From Promethearchaeota archaeon (GTDB lineage: Archaea > Asgardarchaeota > Lokiarchaeia > Sigyniarchaeales > SOKP01): a DNA stretch of 17,546 bases. Under the pieces are notes generated by a model. The model had not been told where the DNA came from. It worked only from the letters and a program-made list of their open reading frames with translations, and did not search any database. A program made the position numbers and the translations under genes. The DNA is taken from the NCBI GenBank assembly GCA_048941265.1, contig JBHLNT010000078.1:1-17546 (forward strand), written 5' to 3'. Each line of letters begins with the position of its first letter. The first letter of the stretch is position 1. Below are positions 17,397-17,546 of this stretch, one piece after another.

Positions 17397-17546
17397 TTAT
17401 GCTTTTTTTGGACCTTCTCCTAGCTTGCGGTAAATAAATCCATTTTCCTTAATTATTTTACTATTGAAGATATTGCGACCATCAATAATTACCGCATTCT
17501 TTTTTAATTTCTTTTTAAGATCATCAAGATCAAGATTATAATATTG
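17397..17546 (-). CDS. C-terminus of a nucleotide-sugar dehydrogenase (UDP-glucose/GDP-mannose dehydrogenase family), partial
   Basis: ...QYYNLDLDDLKKKLKKNAVIIDGRNIFNSKIIKENGFIYRKLGEGPKKA*; the IIDGRN...GF.Y..LG signature is present. Enters from the right edge. Confidence 0.85.
   Translation of the reverse strand, partial: QYYNLDLDDLKKKLKKNAVIIDGRNIFNSKIIKENGFIYRKLGEGPKKA

Noticed and set aside
1-17546. CRISPR arrays, tRNA/rRNA genes, transposases or integrases
   Set aside because: No regularly spaced repeats, cloverleaf or rRNA-like GC-rich segments, or mobile-element proteins were seen.

Overview
AT-rich archaeal-type window, most consistent with an Asgard archaeon (Lokiarchaeia-like). 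This is inferred from a longin-like protein, a stand-alone RING-like protein, GAGGTG ribosome-binding sites and a box C/D-like RNA. Recognisable genes: GH3 beta-glucosidase, ARPP-1/DUF6569-like protein, FMN-binding glutamate synthase-family protein, fused GMP synthase (guaA), glutamate dehydrogenase, an isocitrate dehydrogenase-like enzyme, an IT-superfamily transporter, ornithine carbamoyltransferase (argF), a HAD hydrolase and the 3' end of a nucleotide-sugar dehydrogenase. The best candidates for novelty are mostly absent from the ORF track. (1) Two tandem ~48-codon ORFs (16987-17297) each carry an in-frame TGA at codon 21 near a Cys (CTGU, CYYTSU) and are followed by a structured 3' element; they are candidate micro-selenoproteins with a candidate SECIS. 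(2) A box C/D kink-turn RNA lies at 14192-14258 (-). (3) A 68-aa protein has Not4-like C4C4 RING spacing. (4) A 39-codon remnant carries an AWSSP motif. All calls come from reading the sequence; no searches or folding programs were run.
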